A DNA stretch of 62,984 nt, filler included, from Choristocarpus tenellus KU-1152 (lineage: Eukaryota; Protista; Phaeophyceae): assembly GCA_964200185.2 (NCBI GenBank). It is 9 parts of 9 records of this genome, joined end to end, with 100 filler letters (N's around TTAATTAATTAA, not from the genome) between each part and the next. Parts side by side here need not be neighbours in the genome. Positions count along the whole stretch, not along the records: positions 15,891 to 29,390 come from CAXNAD020001471.1; positions 29,491 to 33,631 come from CAXNAD020016011.1; positions 33,732 to 40,720 come from CAXNAD020006919.1; 6 more parts are not named here. The stretch is one strand, 5' to 3'. The first letter of the stretch is position 1. Every line of letters begins with the position of its first letter. Both the position numbers and the translations under genes were made by a program. The notes below the pieces were generated by a model, which did not search any database, was not told where the DNA came from, and saw nothing but the letters and a program-made list of their open reading frames with translations. This document shows positions 25,698 to 40,200 of this stretch, in pieces.

Positions 25698-28600
25698 ATG
25701 ATGCCTCGACGTCATCATCCCCTTGCACGGTCTCTCGTTGTAGCCATCTTGTCCTTACTCATAGCACGGCCTGCGGGAGTCTTGGGTGGAACTTCGGGGT
25801 CCAGTGGGGGAGTGACCATCCGCGTGCGCATGATGGATGGGGCTGTGAAGCGATTGCAGGCGTCTTCAGTGGATACGATTGAGGATATTATGGGAAGACT
25901 TGGAATGTCTGTAGCGGACGGAGACTCGCTCTCCACTGAGGCTGGAGGGGGTTCGGCGGAGCCTTCTACATCTGTTGCTGACCTTGGGATCAAGCATGGA
26001 GATTTCTTATACTCAAAGGTAGAAGGGATTCCGATCAGATGGGAGCATTGGGGATGGTGGGTTAGTCGATCTTTCTTTTCCCAGTGGCACAAGTTGCGCT
26101 TGACATCGGAACGTCCAGAGATCTTACACCAGAGGTGGTGGAGAAAACAACGCAAAGAAGTAATGAACCCTTTTGGGACTCTTTTCGACCCTGGATGTAG
26201 GCTATTGGTGATCTCACGTGCGATCTGTGACCTGAGACAAGAGTATGAGTCGTCTGTTGCTGGAGGACAGATTCGACTGGCTCGCTCCCGTGTATCCAAA
26301 TGTATGACCTCTTTCCTTCCCATTTCCCTACACCGAGTAACTCGACGGTCTTACATGCTGTACCAAGCCCACTCGTGGGGTGTTGAGGTGTGGATAAGCA
26401 AACGGCCAAACCAAACCAAGTCCAAAATACTTTCAGGCACCGTAATCTTTCCAGCCTTCGTACGAGGATCCGTTGGTCTGCGAAGCATAGAATTACTCAA
26501 ACCAACCTGCAGCCTCAAATACTTAGTTAACGCCTCGTTCTCCCCACACCCTCCCTCTCCCCACACCCTCCCTCTCCCCATTCTCATGTTGCAGAATGAT
26601 GAAGTGAAGCAAGTGGCAGCCAGTGCCAAGGCAGATGCATTGCGTAGGATGAAGTCTGCGGTTCACCATGGAGAGGCTCAGGGCGACAAGTTCGTGCCGT
26701 TCCCAGAACATCAACGGTGAGGCAACTTTTTAGACAATTTAATGTACCCTTCATTTTCCCCCAATTATTGCCTTGTCAGGAGGGATTGGTTGATCCCTTC
26801 CTCTAAACAATATCATTGGTGTCCATAGGGTTAGGAAGGGTTCCTGGACAAGTCATCATTGTGTAGATAAAATGCAGTGTGAGGATGGTAGTAGGGACTC
26901 ATGACCTTCATTTCCTTCAAGGCTACCTCTCTTCCCTTCGCTGTTCTCTTCCCTTTTCCTCTCCCCTTGTGCCAATATTGCTTCAGTCCCCCTCCACCGA
27001 GGGCATCAAAACGCGTGAGGAACTGGCAGGACATCGAGGCAATGCAGGCACAAACCTTCACCCTCAAGCCTCAGAAGGCTTCCAATGTAAAGAAAATCAG
27101 TGTTGAGCAGCGAGCCATGGACGAGTTTGTTGGGTGAGAACAATGACCTTCACCTGTGTATCACAACCATATCTAACGCTCAGCATATACATGGACGGAT
27201 AGATCGTTCAGGTGTGGGTATGGTCAGAACTACGTGTGCTTCGAGCTTCAACTTGAAGTTGCAGTCTTCTACCACCATACCTCCATATAGGTCTCCTTTG
27301 CCGACATGCAACCCTGTGTGGGAACAGGTATCTGAAGCAGCAGGGGCAGGATGGGAAAATCTGTCACCGCTGTGCTCTTCTCTTTGGAAAGGTTAACTCT
27401 TCTTCAAAGGAGATCAAGGTACGGCAGGGCTGCGTGACTGGGAGACAAAACGAGTGAGGGGAAAGAGGCAAGGCCGGGAAAGATCACTCCTCCTGTATGG
27501 TAGGCCATGTTCAGTGTGGTGAGGTTAAATTCACACACTAAATGCCAGGTCAAGAAATGAAGCTACTAATAGGGCTGTAGTGAGTGAGACTTTCAATATT
27601 GTGGCACTGGTATAATTGATTTGTAGAAGCAGATTTTGCAGCTTGATCGTCCACCATGCTTTGTTTCCAGACCCTATTGTTGACAAATACATGCATGATT
27701 GCATTTTTTTCTCCCTGTGGACTCCCTTTCACCACCAAGGTTCAGGCAATGTTTGAACCACCTCAGGAGGGGGGTAAGGACACAAGTACCTATGATGCCT
27801 CAGCCTTGATGGAGGCTGCAACTGCCGCAACAAAGGTAGGGGCCGGGGACCACGGAGGAGGGGAGAAGGGAGGGGATGGAAGTACAGCAGGAAAGGGGAT
27901 CAGTGAGGTTGTCCGGGCGGTGAAGGTGGCAAGGCTGCTTGGGCTGCGTCCAGTGGGATGGTGTCTCAGTCACGATAAGGTTGGTTCTCCACGAACATGA
28001 GATAAATTTTCTTGGGTTCTTTCAAACAGCTGCTTTCATACTCCATGTGCTTTTGCTCTGAAACTATGTTTCCTCTTGATCTTGTGCGTGTGTGTGTTCC
28101 TGTGTGTTCATGTGGTGTGTAGGCGTACACACTCCCAGAGAATAGACATGCATGACATTCTCATGCCCTCTCACTTTGAAGGAATTGAGTCAGCGCTAGT
28201 CCAAACTCCGAAACCTCTCTCTCCCACCCATCCACGACCCCACACTCACACACAAGCACACTCACATCCTGTGTGCAATCTCCCTTTCAGCTGACCCAAC
28301 AGTGTCTCAAATCAATATGTCCTGCCATTCCAGAGAGAGCACTTCATGGGAGCTGGGGATGTAGTGACAGCAGCAGCGATGCAGCTCTGGGCCATGCGTG
28401 ACCTGGACCTAGGGCTGGAGGCGGGTGCGCTCATGGCAACTGTGACCCTTCCTGTGAATCAGACCAACGGAGAGGTACAAGGATGTTGGACTAGGGATGG
28501 GGGAGACCTTGTGGACGGGGGGGAGGGGGAATCTATCCCTATGACTGGTTTGTTCGGTTTGTCTTCTGAGTTGATGCTATGGTGCAGTACTGGTGAGAGA

Positions 28601-29257
28601 GACCATTGGATGGAGTGTGTGTGGGGATGGCAGGAGTGTCACAAGAGTAGGAAGGCGTTTTGTGTTTAGGTTTGAGTCAGCATCACAGTGAGACAGGTGG
28701 GGTCATGAGAGGGGGAGGGTAACCGGAGGACTGACAATGAGATGAATAATATCTGTTCCGAAAAGGATTTAACTTGGTAGAGGGAAGAACTCAATGCAGG
28801 TTGTATGCATGCAAGGTTGATGGAACCAAGTGATGCTTAAATGAGCGGCATGCCAGATTCATGCTCCCGCTAGCAGTGTCATGAAGGAGAAATGCTCTGG
28901 GTTTTTGGCTGCTGTGATGAGGGCAAAGTTGAGGGAATAGGAAGATGAAAGAGGTGTAAAAGATGCCCTTTGTTTTGGATCAAAGCAGCAGAAGCCTAGA
29001 CACACCTTTCGACCAAGTGCATGGCACAGTATCCAGTAGTTCAGCAGAGATCATCCAAAAACGATTCTCTTTTCTGTCTCACCACCCCCTTGCCGATGAC
29101 TTGCGTGCGTGCGTGCGTGCGTTTTTGTGCATGTTTGTTCTTGCATATGATCAAACCTTCAGGTTGCAACAGAGGCGTTCAGTTTGAGCAACCAGACCAT
29201 TCAGATGTTCAGCGAGGGGATCTTTCCAGAAGTCCAGCCCAGTCCAACCTCAGACAA
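25698..29257 (+). CDS. NPL4: NPL4-family Cdc48 cofactor with N-terminal signal peptide (candidate SELMA sNpl4), partial
   Basis: Exons 25698-26018, 26595-26716, 26987-27133, 27328-27418, 27740-27979, 28334-28474 and 29163-29257, all GT-AG and in phase. Ubiquitin-like N-domain (IRVRMMDG...LGIKHGDFLY) plus RCALLFG, VQAMFEPPQ, LLGLRPVGWCLSH and EAFSLSNQ are NPL4 motifs. Confidence 0.9.
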
Positions 29258-29390
29258 GTGTGTATCTTCCTGTTTTTTCCACCAAATCCCTCCTCCCTAC
29301 CCCCCCCCTGAGACCCCTCTCCTCTTGCCCTCACCCTTCCTGCCTGGGGTTTGTCGTCCGCTTAGGCATGCGCAGAACAGAGGGGGAGGG

Positions 29391-29490
29391 NNNNNNNNNN
29401 NNNNNNNNNNNNNNNNNNNNNNNNNNNNNNNNNNTTAATTAATTAANNNNNNNNNNNNNNNNNNNNNNNNNNNNNNNNNNNNNNNNNNNN
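29391..29490. other. Artificial contig linker
   Basis: 44 N + TTAATTAATTAA + 44 N. Confidence 0.99.
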
Positions 29491-29886
29491 GGGGCAACAC
29501 AACCCTGAAGAATGTAAGGGAGCTAAAATACTTCATTGGTACCATTCAACTAATGGTATGTCATGTACCGACCCTTGTCCTTTAGCCTGCAACTCACTCT
29601 CTAAGCTCAGTATCACACCGTAGCACAGTTGGAAGAAACCAAAAAATCACGAAAATAAAAAAGTTTGGAGGGTTGCCAACAGGTATAACAGTATGAGGTA
29701 CACCACTTATGTACAGATGGACATAGAGCTGATGGTATAAGTTTGATCTATCATATTGTCACCAGCTTCTTTCACAGTCAGACCATGACCACTGAATCCA
29801 CCATTTCAATATCTACTTCCTTGATCCATACACGATTATTTTCAACTTCTTGTTCGAGGACAGTTAGAGGGTCAATTCAATCTCAC

Positions 29887-32800
29887 CTTGGCGGCACGAA
29901 TCTCTCCGTTGAGGACAACTTGATACACCTGTGGAATTATCACCAGATAACAGAAAACAAGATGGATATGGGTTTTGTGCACGCCATAAGCAAAAGCAAC
30001 ATGCTCCTTGTCAGCGTAATACTCAATCAAAGTGTTACCCTAGAACATTCATCCACGCTTGATCTATAATGGACATAACACATTTCATATTTGGGCAGTT
30101 TCACTCTATCGCATTCATTGTCTTCCGTAAGGCTTGCAATGTCTGTGGTCAGGGCTACCTTTGATGCCCTTTCCTATATAACTAACAACAAATAGTTTCA
30201 ATTACTCAGTTACTATTTGCAAATAGACAAACCTCCCTAATATACCTCCTTCACACAATAGTAATTCGATCTCTTGAACCGGAAAAGGCAAGAGATGAAA
30301 GAAATTTAGCAATAGAAAGAAGAAATAGATTTTTTGTTACTACGGAAGTACAATACTGTATTTACTTACAATATCCTTAACCATCAAAACACTCCAGCCC
30401 ATTTGTTGCGTGACTTCCATTGTCCTGGACAAGAAATGAGGTCACTTGCTCAATATGGTCTGTTTAGACAGTGCTTTGTTGTGTACTGGTGTAGCGATAC
30501 GATGTTGAGTTGTGCCATCAAGAGTTACTTTTTCCCAAGTGCCAACTGATGAAAATCAACAAATATGATTATATCACAACAGTTAGTTGGAGAAACGCCA
30601 TACAATTAGTCACATTCTTGAACCAACAGAGCGTGAGCTATTAGTAGCTATCGCTAGACTAAAAAGGTGTGGACATTTCTAACTATTACATACCCCCCCC
30701 TTCCCTTCTAACAGTAGTCCAACCACACAGCCAAACATCATTAAGAGGATGGCTGGCCCGGAAGGTGATTTGTTTGGTTCTATGGTGTCTGGCAGGGCCC
30801 TGACCTGCGATGCTTTCGTTTGTTTAGAATTCTCTATTAGCCTCCTTGAAAATCAATGTCATGCATAGACCTCACAGTTACGCATGTACGTCTTGCTTGA
30901 CCACCTGCATTTTGCTCTTGCAAGGAAGGCATTCAACCACCCAGCCACAGCTACCCCCTGATCCTGTCCTCCTCATGCTGCTGGACCAAAACGCCTGCTA
31001 GGTGGTGGAGCTTCTACTTCTTCAAGACACTACGTTGTTTTTTTGTCCTACTGGCACTGCTGGAGCACAGTGGCTACTAAATGGAGAACCTTTCCCTTTT
31101 CTTCCCCCTCCCGACACGGTCCCTCCACTGTTACTCACGCACAGAGCTGTGCCTATGAGCATCCTCCAGTACCACATCTTGATCAAGGGATGTTGGTAGT
31201 AACCCATTGTGGTTGTTGCAACAGAGGTACTCTTGCTGCCCAATGTGTTGCACTGGGTGCAAACAAAGGCAAGTACCTCCACATACAGCTAAGTACAATG
31301 CTGGAGAAATGATGAGATTGAACAGCTTGCCATCACAAAATTCAGGGTACGGGTTTGTGCCTCTGTGTGCATACTTGAACATTGTGTAGGATCACTCACT
31401 CACTGCACCACTTGTTAGATTACCTACCTTAGAAGCTGTTGCACTAGCAATAATTGTACTGCAACTGTTCATGCCTTCTTGCTTTGGGCTCAGCCGTTCC
31501 ACTGCTCGCCGTTTCACCTCCTGCCTCAATTCTTGTCATGGTCCCGTACAGGTATTCCTCGGCAATGAAGCCTTGCCACATCATTCTCTTGGTCTGGTAT
31601 CATAACGGTAAACAACTGACAGTATACTAGATATATTTGTATAATCCATAGTGCTCATCACTTGGACTGGATAACCAAACCAGATTTCTATGCCAAGGAG
31701 TCTGGCGCTATTGGGGTTCAACCTACGAAATCAAGTAGGGAACAGCCTCCATCAAAGAGGAAGCAAAAAGGACTGCCAACCTACCTACCTAGCCACAGAG
31801 ATTTATTGGGGGGGGTGTCTGAAGTATATTGTCAATAGAGTACGCGGAAAAATACCAAGTAGTGCTCCATCCCATCCCTAAGAGTCAGTCCGTTCATGAT
31901 GCTCAAGTTCTCTTCAACTCTTCAAGACAAAAATTGTGGTGAAGTACAGGTATATGGGGGTCACCTCACAGGAAATGACCCCAAGCACTAGCGTTCTGAA
32001 TTGAAAGTTAAATCATTGATGAGTGTAAGTTAAATTGACTAAAAAAAAGATCAATGAGCTTTATTATGATGGAAACATGCATGCGGCACATGAATCAAGG
32101 TGTGCAAAGTTTCCAAGCTCTGTGAGTAGAGCACTCAGCAAGTATTTGCGCAAAAGACAACCAGGGTGTTTTACTGGGCTCAACAGTTAGCATGCCCACT
32201 ATCTGCCATATGCCCGCAGCCCACCCCATGGCCTGGCCATGCTGCAGTTGATGTTCGCGGACTCGGCTATGTTTGAACTCAATTGTAGAGGCCTGGCTAG
32301 CAGCACCAGCTGCGTTGAAGCTGCAATGTCCAGGACTGGGTCATGAATATTACATTGATGGCTGGTCAGGTAATATTCGTTTGACACTCAAATTGGCCAC
32401 GCCATTCCCATGGTTCCCCATTCCCCATTTACTCTACTGGTATCCTGTATCCTGTACTACCACTGAAAATACTAAATACATCATACAATAGTAGGGTGGC
32501 TTTCTATTTCAACATATATATATTGATATTTCTTGTATTATTTCCTATTTTCAATTTCCTATCTTAGCCTACAAAAACTTATAAGATGTCACCAAATCCA
32601 TAAATAGTAAACACAGGGTTCAGTCAATTTCCATGTGTGCATGCCTCCTGACATTCTCATTGCACATACATATGGATGTGTCCTTCATGATTTTGTACCA
32701 AGAAAGTCTAGAGATAAACAGAAAGAGCACCATCTATAGGTGCACACACCTTTACCTATCACATTTTGTACAAATTTTGCACTTTTCCCATGGAGTGGCT

Positions 32801-33631
32801 GAGCAAATTCAAAGGACCCAATGCACATGACCCAAACATGTCAGAGAATGTTAAACCCTGTCCGGGCAGTGGACATAGAAGGGTACAATACCCAGTGGAT
32901 ACATAGTCTGGACATGCCAGAAAGTGTTCAACCCAATCTGACCAGCAGATATGGATCACGATCTGTCGGACAATCGTGTGAACGGTTTTGCCAGCAGATA
33001 TGGGCTGGTTCAATACCTACTGGACATGAACCGGGACATATCAGATAATTGTGGGACGCGTCCAGATGAATCTTAATTTGTTGACCCAGTGAAATGCCCC
33101 GAAAATAAACAATCAAAATTTAACTTTCAATTTTCAGTTTTGATTATTAATCAAGCAACAATCGTATTTCTTGATACACTCTTAGGTGAGACTAAAATCG
33201 AAGTAACAATTTTTCCCTTGACAAGACTAAATGAGAAATGGTTCAACTTCATCCGCTCTTCCTGTGACAAAACCAACATGATCTCCTCTCTCTCTCCAAA
33301 ACTAAATAAATAAACAGTACTAAAAAAGAAAAAATATTAATATAATTTTTTTTCTGTTCATCCTCCTGACCTCAAACATCTTTTTCAAAAACATCACAGC
33401 TCACCGAGGAATACCCTCCCACTGCAAAAGGCTTGCCGGAGGTGAAGGTGAGATCCTTTCTGTCAATCTGCAGCATCTCCAGCCTTTTTTTGCGCTGCTC
33501 CTTGGCTCTCGCCGTGTTGTTCTCGCTTGAGTCCGACCCACTAAGAGCACCTTCCAACATGTGACTGAACTGTGACAACCGAATCTCAAACATCTCCATC
33601 TGTTCCTTGGCAGCAGCTTCCTGTCGTATCT
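29887..33631 (-). CDS. TKL-type protein kinase, two internal exons (helical region + subdomains I-II)
   Basis: Exon 33631-33405 (...KKRLEMLQIDRKDLTFTSGKPFAVGGYSS, gtgagc) joins in phase 0 to exon 29928-29887 (VYQVVLNGEIRAAK; cag acceptor, gtgaga donor), giving the Gly loop and the AxK lysine. Confidence 0.75.
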
Positions 33632-33731
33632 NNNNNNNNNNNNNNNNNNNNNNNNNNNNNNNNNNNNNNNNNNNNTTAATTAATTAANNNNNNNNNNNNN
33701 NNNNNNNNNNNNNNNNNNNNNNNNNNNNNNN
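33632..33731. other. Artificial contig linker
   Basis: 44 N + TTAATTAATTAA + 44 N. Confidence 0.99.
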
Positions 33732-34238
33732 GGGGGAACAAGATCCAAGATAACTCAAAGGAACACGGCTAAGTCTGCACTGATCAGAACCATGGCGTTC
33801 CATTACAACAGGAAAAACTCACCCTACATTGGAAAATGAAAATCGTAGACATTTCTATGCAATTGTAATATAAATGAATATCTGAGGGTTAGGGTTAGGG
33901 TTAGGATCAACAAAAAACAGGAGATAAAAAAGAGGTACAGCTAGATTGACACCATGATGAGGAGGGTTATATGGAAACAAAGGAAATTCAGGAGTCAGTC
34001 AGGTTCCAACTCTTGTGCATGAACAAGGAGCCACCAGCACAAAACTAAACCACATGGTGCACTGCAATACGGACAACTCTACCATTATGAACAGTCACCA
34101 CTGACAACAGAACATAACTACCACCAGCTTGGGATAAGGTTCATGATCCCCACAGCTAAGAATTAAGGGAGAGTAGGAACAAACTGGTTAAGTAGAGACG
34201 TACAGTATAATAGACCCCAAACATTATCAGAACCTTAC

Positions 34239-37200
34239 CTGCTCCTCCACCTGCTCAAATGTTGGCCGGCTCCTATGTTCTGTAGCCCAGCACTTGGTGA
34301 TGATCTTCTTTATTTTCGTAGGTGTGCTAGGAGGCAGCTCTGGGCGTTCCTCCTTGCACACATTGCGTATGATATCGATCTTCTTTTTACCCTTCCAAGG
34401 GACTTCAAGCGTGAGCACCTCCCAATACACAATAGCAAAGCTGGATTCACCAGTACAATACAAGGCAAGAATATACTGTGTTGACCATAGGTCTGGCTGG
34501 GACCCCTCAAACAATTGCGGAAAATAGTGTTGCAAACTGTAACTGACAGTAAAATGGATTCGGTTCAACTAATTTAGAAATGAACAAGACTGCACATAAC
34601 TGAAAAAAAAGGCTTTTCAGTCATTTTCGAAATACTTTTTTCCTTTTTTGTACGATTGTGCTGGGACATTAGAGGCAACACAGGTCTCTTAGGTGGGTAC
34701 GTTTGTTGTACATGTTCTCCTTGTATCTATACATCCCAACGATTCTTTGTATTTCAAGTTCTAATCAAATTTGTGGTAACTCAATCTTTCCACTGCGCAT
34801 CCAATTTTATAGCCGTCGGTAACACTTTAATCATTGGTTCCTCACCTAAACCAATCCTACAACATACTATGCTTCTGGCAATGTAGGAAAAGTCAAAATT
34901 TTGACCCTACAAAGGGGTCACCACCCACTAGCCATGTGACCTTGAGGTTGTTGGTGCAACCCACACTTAAATCAGTTTAACTTTTCTAGCCATTTCAACT
35001 TCACCCACAACTTATTTCGGTTTACAACATAACAAAAACAACAATTCATGCTGTGATGCTACTGATCCTACCTGTAAACATCGCTACCTCTGTAACTTGT
35101 CGATTCTTTGAACACTTCAGGAGCAGTCCAACCGGGGGTTCCTCCCTCTGCCGTGTGTAGAAGGCTTCTATCTCCACTCAACACTGTAACCACGTTTGAG
35201 AGTCCAAATCAGCAACCTGTGAGATAAGAGTCAAGGTATCAGCAATACAGAAATCATTTATAAATCAAACAAAAGCATGAGGAGGTGGGAGTATGTAAGG
35301 GCAAGTTATTCCAATATGAGGGTCAATAGCAAAACGTCGATGTAATTGAAGTAGAACACTACATACAGATAAAAAAAGATACTGTACACAGAGAGACAGT
35401 TTCCGGGGGGAGAAGGAGGACCTAAACAACAGTAAACACCAGGGCCTCTCTCAAGAGCATCCTGAAATTCAGTGCTCGAAATTTGCAGGTGCACACTATG
35501 GTACCATAGAGTTGGATCATCAAGAAGTATGTGCAAACACTAGTAAGGGTGCTGATATCAGCAATTTTGAAGGTGCTATAACCACAACAGTGTGTACAAA
35601 GAAAAATTAAGGCAAATGCACCTGCTGCATAAGTCTATTTGTGTATGATTCCTTAATCACAAACATGGATTTTTTTAAATCATGGTTTTGTTTGGGTGCC
35701 ATACAACATTAGAAGCTCAAATAAGGGGTTTGAATATGTAGAGATATACATAGAATTTTTTTGTCACAAAACAAGGAGAGGGGGGTGTTGGTAGCTGCTG
35801 TCCATTGGGGGCCTATTGTACATGTCACAATTTTTGGTGGATTTGGTTGCATGTGTTGCATGGATAATGTTAGTGCACTAACCCTAAGCTTCGAAGGTTT
35901 TATGGTATCCTATCAAAACCTACAAAAATAAATGTCATTTTTGCGATTGTAGAGCACTACTCCAACAGAGCTATGCTCCTATCTCACGATCCGTACAGGA
36001 AATGTAAACCTCCTAACATTGAACAAGCAAGGACGAGGTCAAAAATATTTTTCATTCAGGCATGTGCTTTGGCACTCACCTTGGCCCTACCATGACTATC
36101 CATGAGTATGTTCTTAGCCTTGAGATCTCCATGTATGACATTATTGGCGTGTATGTACTTCATGCCTGCCACAACATCCATGATCGCACTTTTCTGTAGT
36201 TCTTCCATGAACCCAGCTGCCATAGCCTCATCCAGTAAAGTCCTCAAGTCTCCACCAGGTAAGAACTCTGTGAAAATGATAATCTACCATTGACAATTAT
36301 TGGAAGGCAGGTAACTGTGAGGAAGTCTGAATTCCTCGTCACTCAGCTCTCGTTAAGTTCCATAGTCTTACACAAAAGAAACAAGATATTTAAAAAAATG
36401 ACATTCAAAGAACTCCGCAATTAACGTCTACATTGTCATAAAACAAGATCAGAAACCATATGTCAGTAATCACACCATACACTTCTCACATGCGTTTTAT
36501 CATGCAAAATATCACCAACAAGAGTAACCACATGTGGTGATCCCTGCAATTTTCTCATTGTACTGTACTCCTCAGATATGAGCTGGTGCCGTTTATTAAA
36601 CTCCTCGTCATCCGGGTAACCCAAATTGATGATCTTCGCAGCAGCATTCACACCAAGGTGGTCTATGAGATACACCTGAGATGGGTATGAATTGTGTTTG
36701 TAATTAGACCCATCTTGTCTCCATCAGAGCTGCCTCACAATGTAGAGGTCTCTATTCAACTCCTTTGTATTGACATACATGTACCATACCTGGCCAAAGG
36801 CACCTTGTCCAATCCTGTCTTCACTATGCTTCATATCCTCTGCACTCATAGTAGAGGCAGTAGCCCTTGCACCTGGCACTGGTCCTTCCTCCTGGCAGGT
36901 AGAGAGGAAATGTGATGCACCACATTGGTCAACAATACCTACACATCAGCATTAGGTAACAAACAAGATGGATACTCAGTTGAAGGACATGTCTGAGACA
37001 ACATGACCCTTTCCTAATAGCATACTCTCGTTACACAAGCTGCAGGGAGTCCATGCAATGGTGTTCCCTTCATGAAACCTTTTCCACAGAGTATCAAAGG
37101 CACTTTGAGAAGCGTTTGCAGTCCGAACTTGACCCACCTCCTCAAGGCCATGAACAATACTCTCAGCAGCAGATTCTACTTGACGAACCCTCAATGACCA

Positions 37201-40200
37201 CAGGTTGGATGCCTCCATGTTATTCCATTTGCCAGTCCTATGGAAGTATTGAAACACCTACAAGGCACAAGGGTCAGGAAAGCATCAAAGTAGAACGGTT
37301 TTCAGCAAAGGCAAGATGATGACATCATTATACCTGCCATATAACTGTAAGGAAACATGGGTGAGAAGGTAAAAATCAAGTGAGGCGCACCAGAACCAAC
37401 AAGCATAATACTGTGAAATAAGATGATATAGTGCAGGGCAAACAGAACTTACAGTCTTAGGCAATCCTATGCTAGTAAAACTAGGCACAATCACACTGCC
37501 ACAACACAAGATTGTACTTGCATTAAAATATCATGCTAAACGATTAATGCTGTAATTTATAACTAGTGATCCTCTTGGTCGCCAAGACATCACAAATGGA
37601 TAGATGTATTTCCCACTTGAACAAACAAAAGAAAACAGGAACCATTACACCAACATGCCACAAGCCTCTGCAAGATCGGAATACACTACACACACCCAAC
37701 TGTATCAAATGGAAGCATACATCCAAGCAGGCAGCCGAGATATCCCAAAATATAGGGAACTCTTTCAAAAAGAAAGGAACAGAAGTCAACACTGCTGTAT
37801 TGCATTACGTAGTTACACCAAAATGGTGTCACAATTTCAAACGTTACACATGAACTGTTTGTTCTTATTCATACCATATCGCCAACTAAACTGAAACCAA
37901 TATTTACCCGTGACCACCCACATCATAAATGCCTCACTGATATTGAAGCAATCCCTTGCACCATACATAAAAAGAGTGTTATCACATTCAAAAATCGATC
38001 AACAAAAAAAATAAAATAGATAATAATCCATAGCAAATTAAACACTACTTGGTAGTGCTAGTATTACAATAAAACTTCTCCCAAAAAAATGTCAAGATCA
38101 CACGACCAAAATAAATCAACACTACAAAAAAAAGAACTCTCTACAACACCTTTGGAAAATAAGAAAATAAACTCCCCCATCAAATAGAAAGAATGGAAGA
38201 GGTGCCTCAATATTGAGGACCCAAGGCAGACGAGGTCCTGACCTGCACCTATCCCAAAGAAGTTCTTCCATAATAGTCTTGAGAACAAATCTAGAATTTA
38301 TGTGCTCTGTTCACGATGCAAATCTACAACCATCTTTTTGGACATATCCAGTAACAGGTCTAGAGAGAGCCCCCCCAAAATCTGCACCTTCAACACATCA
38401 TAAAATTGGAGTAAGGCTGTTATCCCAACTAAGATTTTTACAAGTCCTAACCATTATGAACTGCATAGGCCTAGGCAATAACCTTTCAACAAAACATAAA
38501 TAATGTAATATACTCCGAGTTAGAACGCGGAAGCCCTTGCCAGTTAAGGTAACAAGCCTCTCCACAGAGCATGACTTTCAACAAAACATTAAATAGGTAC
38601 CTGTTGCATAACTGTAGAAAATGTTATGGGTTTTCTTACCGAGGGATATAAATTTAGGAATATTCTGCATGCAATAAAAATTAGGAAAAAATTATCCAAC
38701 AAAGCAGTTAACGAACTCATCTGGTAGCTAGGAGCTGAACATCAACCATATCAATCCCATTTGAAGCGGATAGGAAGGGAGAGGGACAGGGCTGGTGGCA
38801 TAGTTATCTAAAACAGTTACACAAGTATCATTGACATAGCAGACAATGTCGTCACAATCCTGGCAATACATCTTAGGGTTAGGTTAACAATATCTATAGA
38901 CTAGAAGCGTGCTCTAGCTATCATCCTACTACCAAAGCCCAAGAAAACTCACCTCAAGCAACATGTTGAGTTGACGCTTTAGGTCTGTTAGCTTCTTCAT
39001 CCACAAGGAACTTTCCCTAGTCTGTATGACAAAAGGCAAAGAAAATATTATTTAAAGAAAAAATTGTTAATTATTCGAAGAAGGTAATTGACAACTGGTT
39101 AGAGTATTGTTAACAGTTGTGGGCTATAACCAGTGAAGAGTTAATTTATTTGGTTTGATGTATCCATATCAACCAAAACCATTGACAAAAGAGGTATTTA
39201 CGTTTGCTTCTTACCTTCCATCACAGGCTACTCTTGCTTATAATAAATCAACTATCGGCAGGCTTTACTTATTCAACCAGACTTATTCTAACACTCCGGC
39301 CTGACCCAAAGCAGCCTCTGGCTACAAGATGATTTGAACATGACAAAATAGTGGAGCTCCTACAAATAATTTTGTATCCATTCATCAAATAACCCTTGGT
39401 CTACCCAAGGCAACAAACCTGTTTCGGATATGGATGATAAAAGTTGGATTGGAAGAACATACCAACAACCCTCACAAAAAAACCCCAGCGATACACACAA
39501 GAAAACTTATTTTCAACTGAAGATCGATCTAAGTACTAAAATCGTTACATCAATAATCCCCAATCAGATCAACAAGGTATCTATCTAAGGAAGGAATCAC
39601 CAAACAAAATGGTCCAACACACTATACCAAAGTGTGAGTAATGAAACCTAAAAACTTTACGTTATCTCAGAAAAGATAACATAAAAATATATCTGTGCCA
39701 ATATTTGCAATGATCTACCTTACTCCATCACAAACAACATGGTACCATCATACCTCAATCTACTCTTCAACAAATAACCCACATAGGCATCACGCATTAT
39801 ATGTATGTAACATTTGATGCGTGAACTCAACAGCAAGGATTTCACTCACATCGTTATCTATTTCCAATCCAGAAACTCCATCCATCAATGCGGTCATCTT
39901 CTCCACAGAGTTTTTCACGTTAGTTGATCTGCAACTATCCATGAGTCTCTCAACTTCAGCATATACCTCCAAGCAATTATTCACGAGTGACCTTTTACAA
40001 AGCTGTGGCTTCTGCTGGAACTGTAACTCCTGCTGGAGCTGTGACTCCAGCTCAAGCTGCGACTCCTGCTCAAGCTGGTCCCATTGATCCAACGCTTCAC
40101 CACCAAGAGCCTTCCCTGCAAAATCACAAACAACAATAATGAGTTCTGACATATTTTTGCTTCAATGAGGTGGATTCTCTGTGAGAGTTGTTGTCTGAAC

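Noticed and set aside
25596-26720. 374-aa single-exon gene
   Set aside because: NPL4 exons 1-2 joined by a stop-free intron; the middle section has no NPL4 similarity.
31428-31616. Minus-strand exon-like frame with two in-frame TGA (selenoprotein?)
   Set aside because: Lies in a kinase intron; no selenoprotein motif or SECIS recognised; decay or chance is more likely.
33632-33731. Single tandem-kinase gene spanning contigs 4 and 5
   Set aside because: The join is an artificial linker; continuity cannot be supported.
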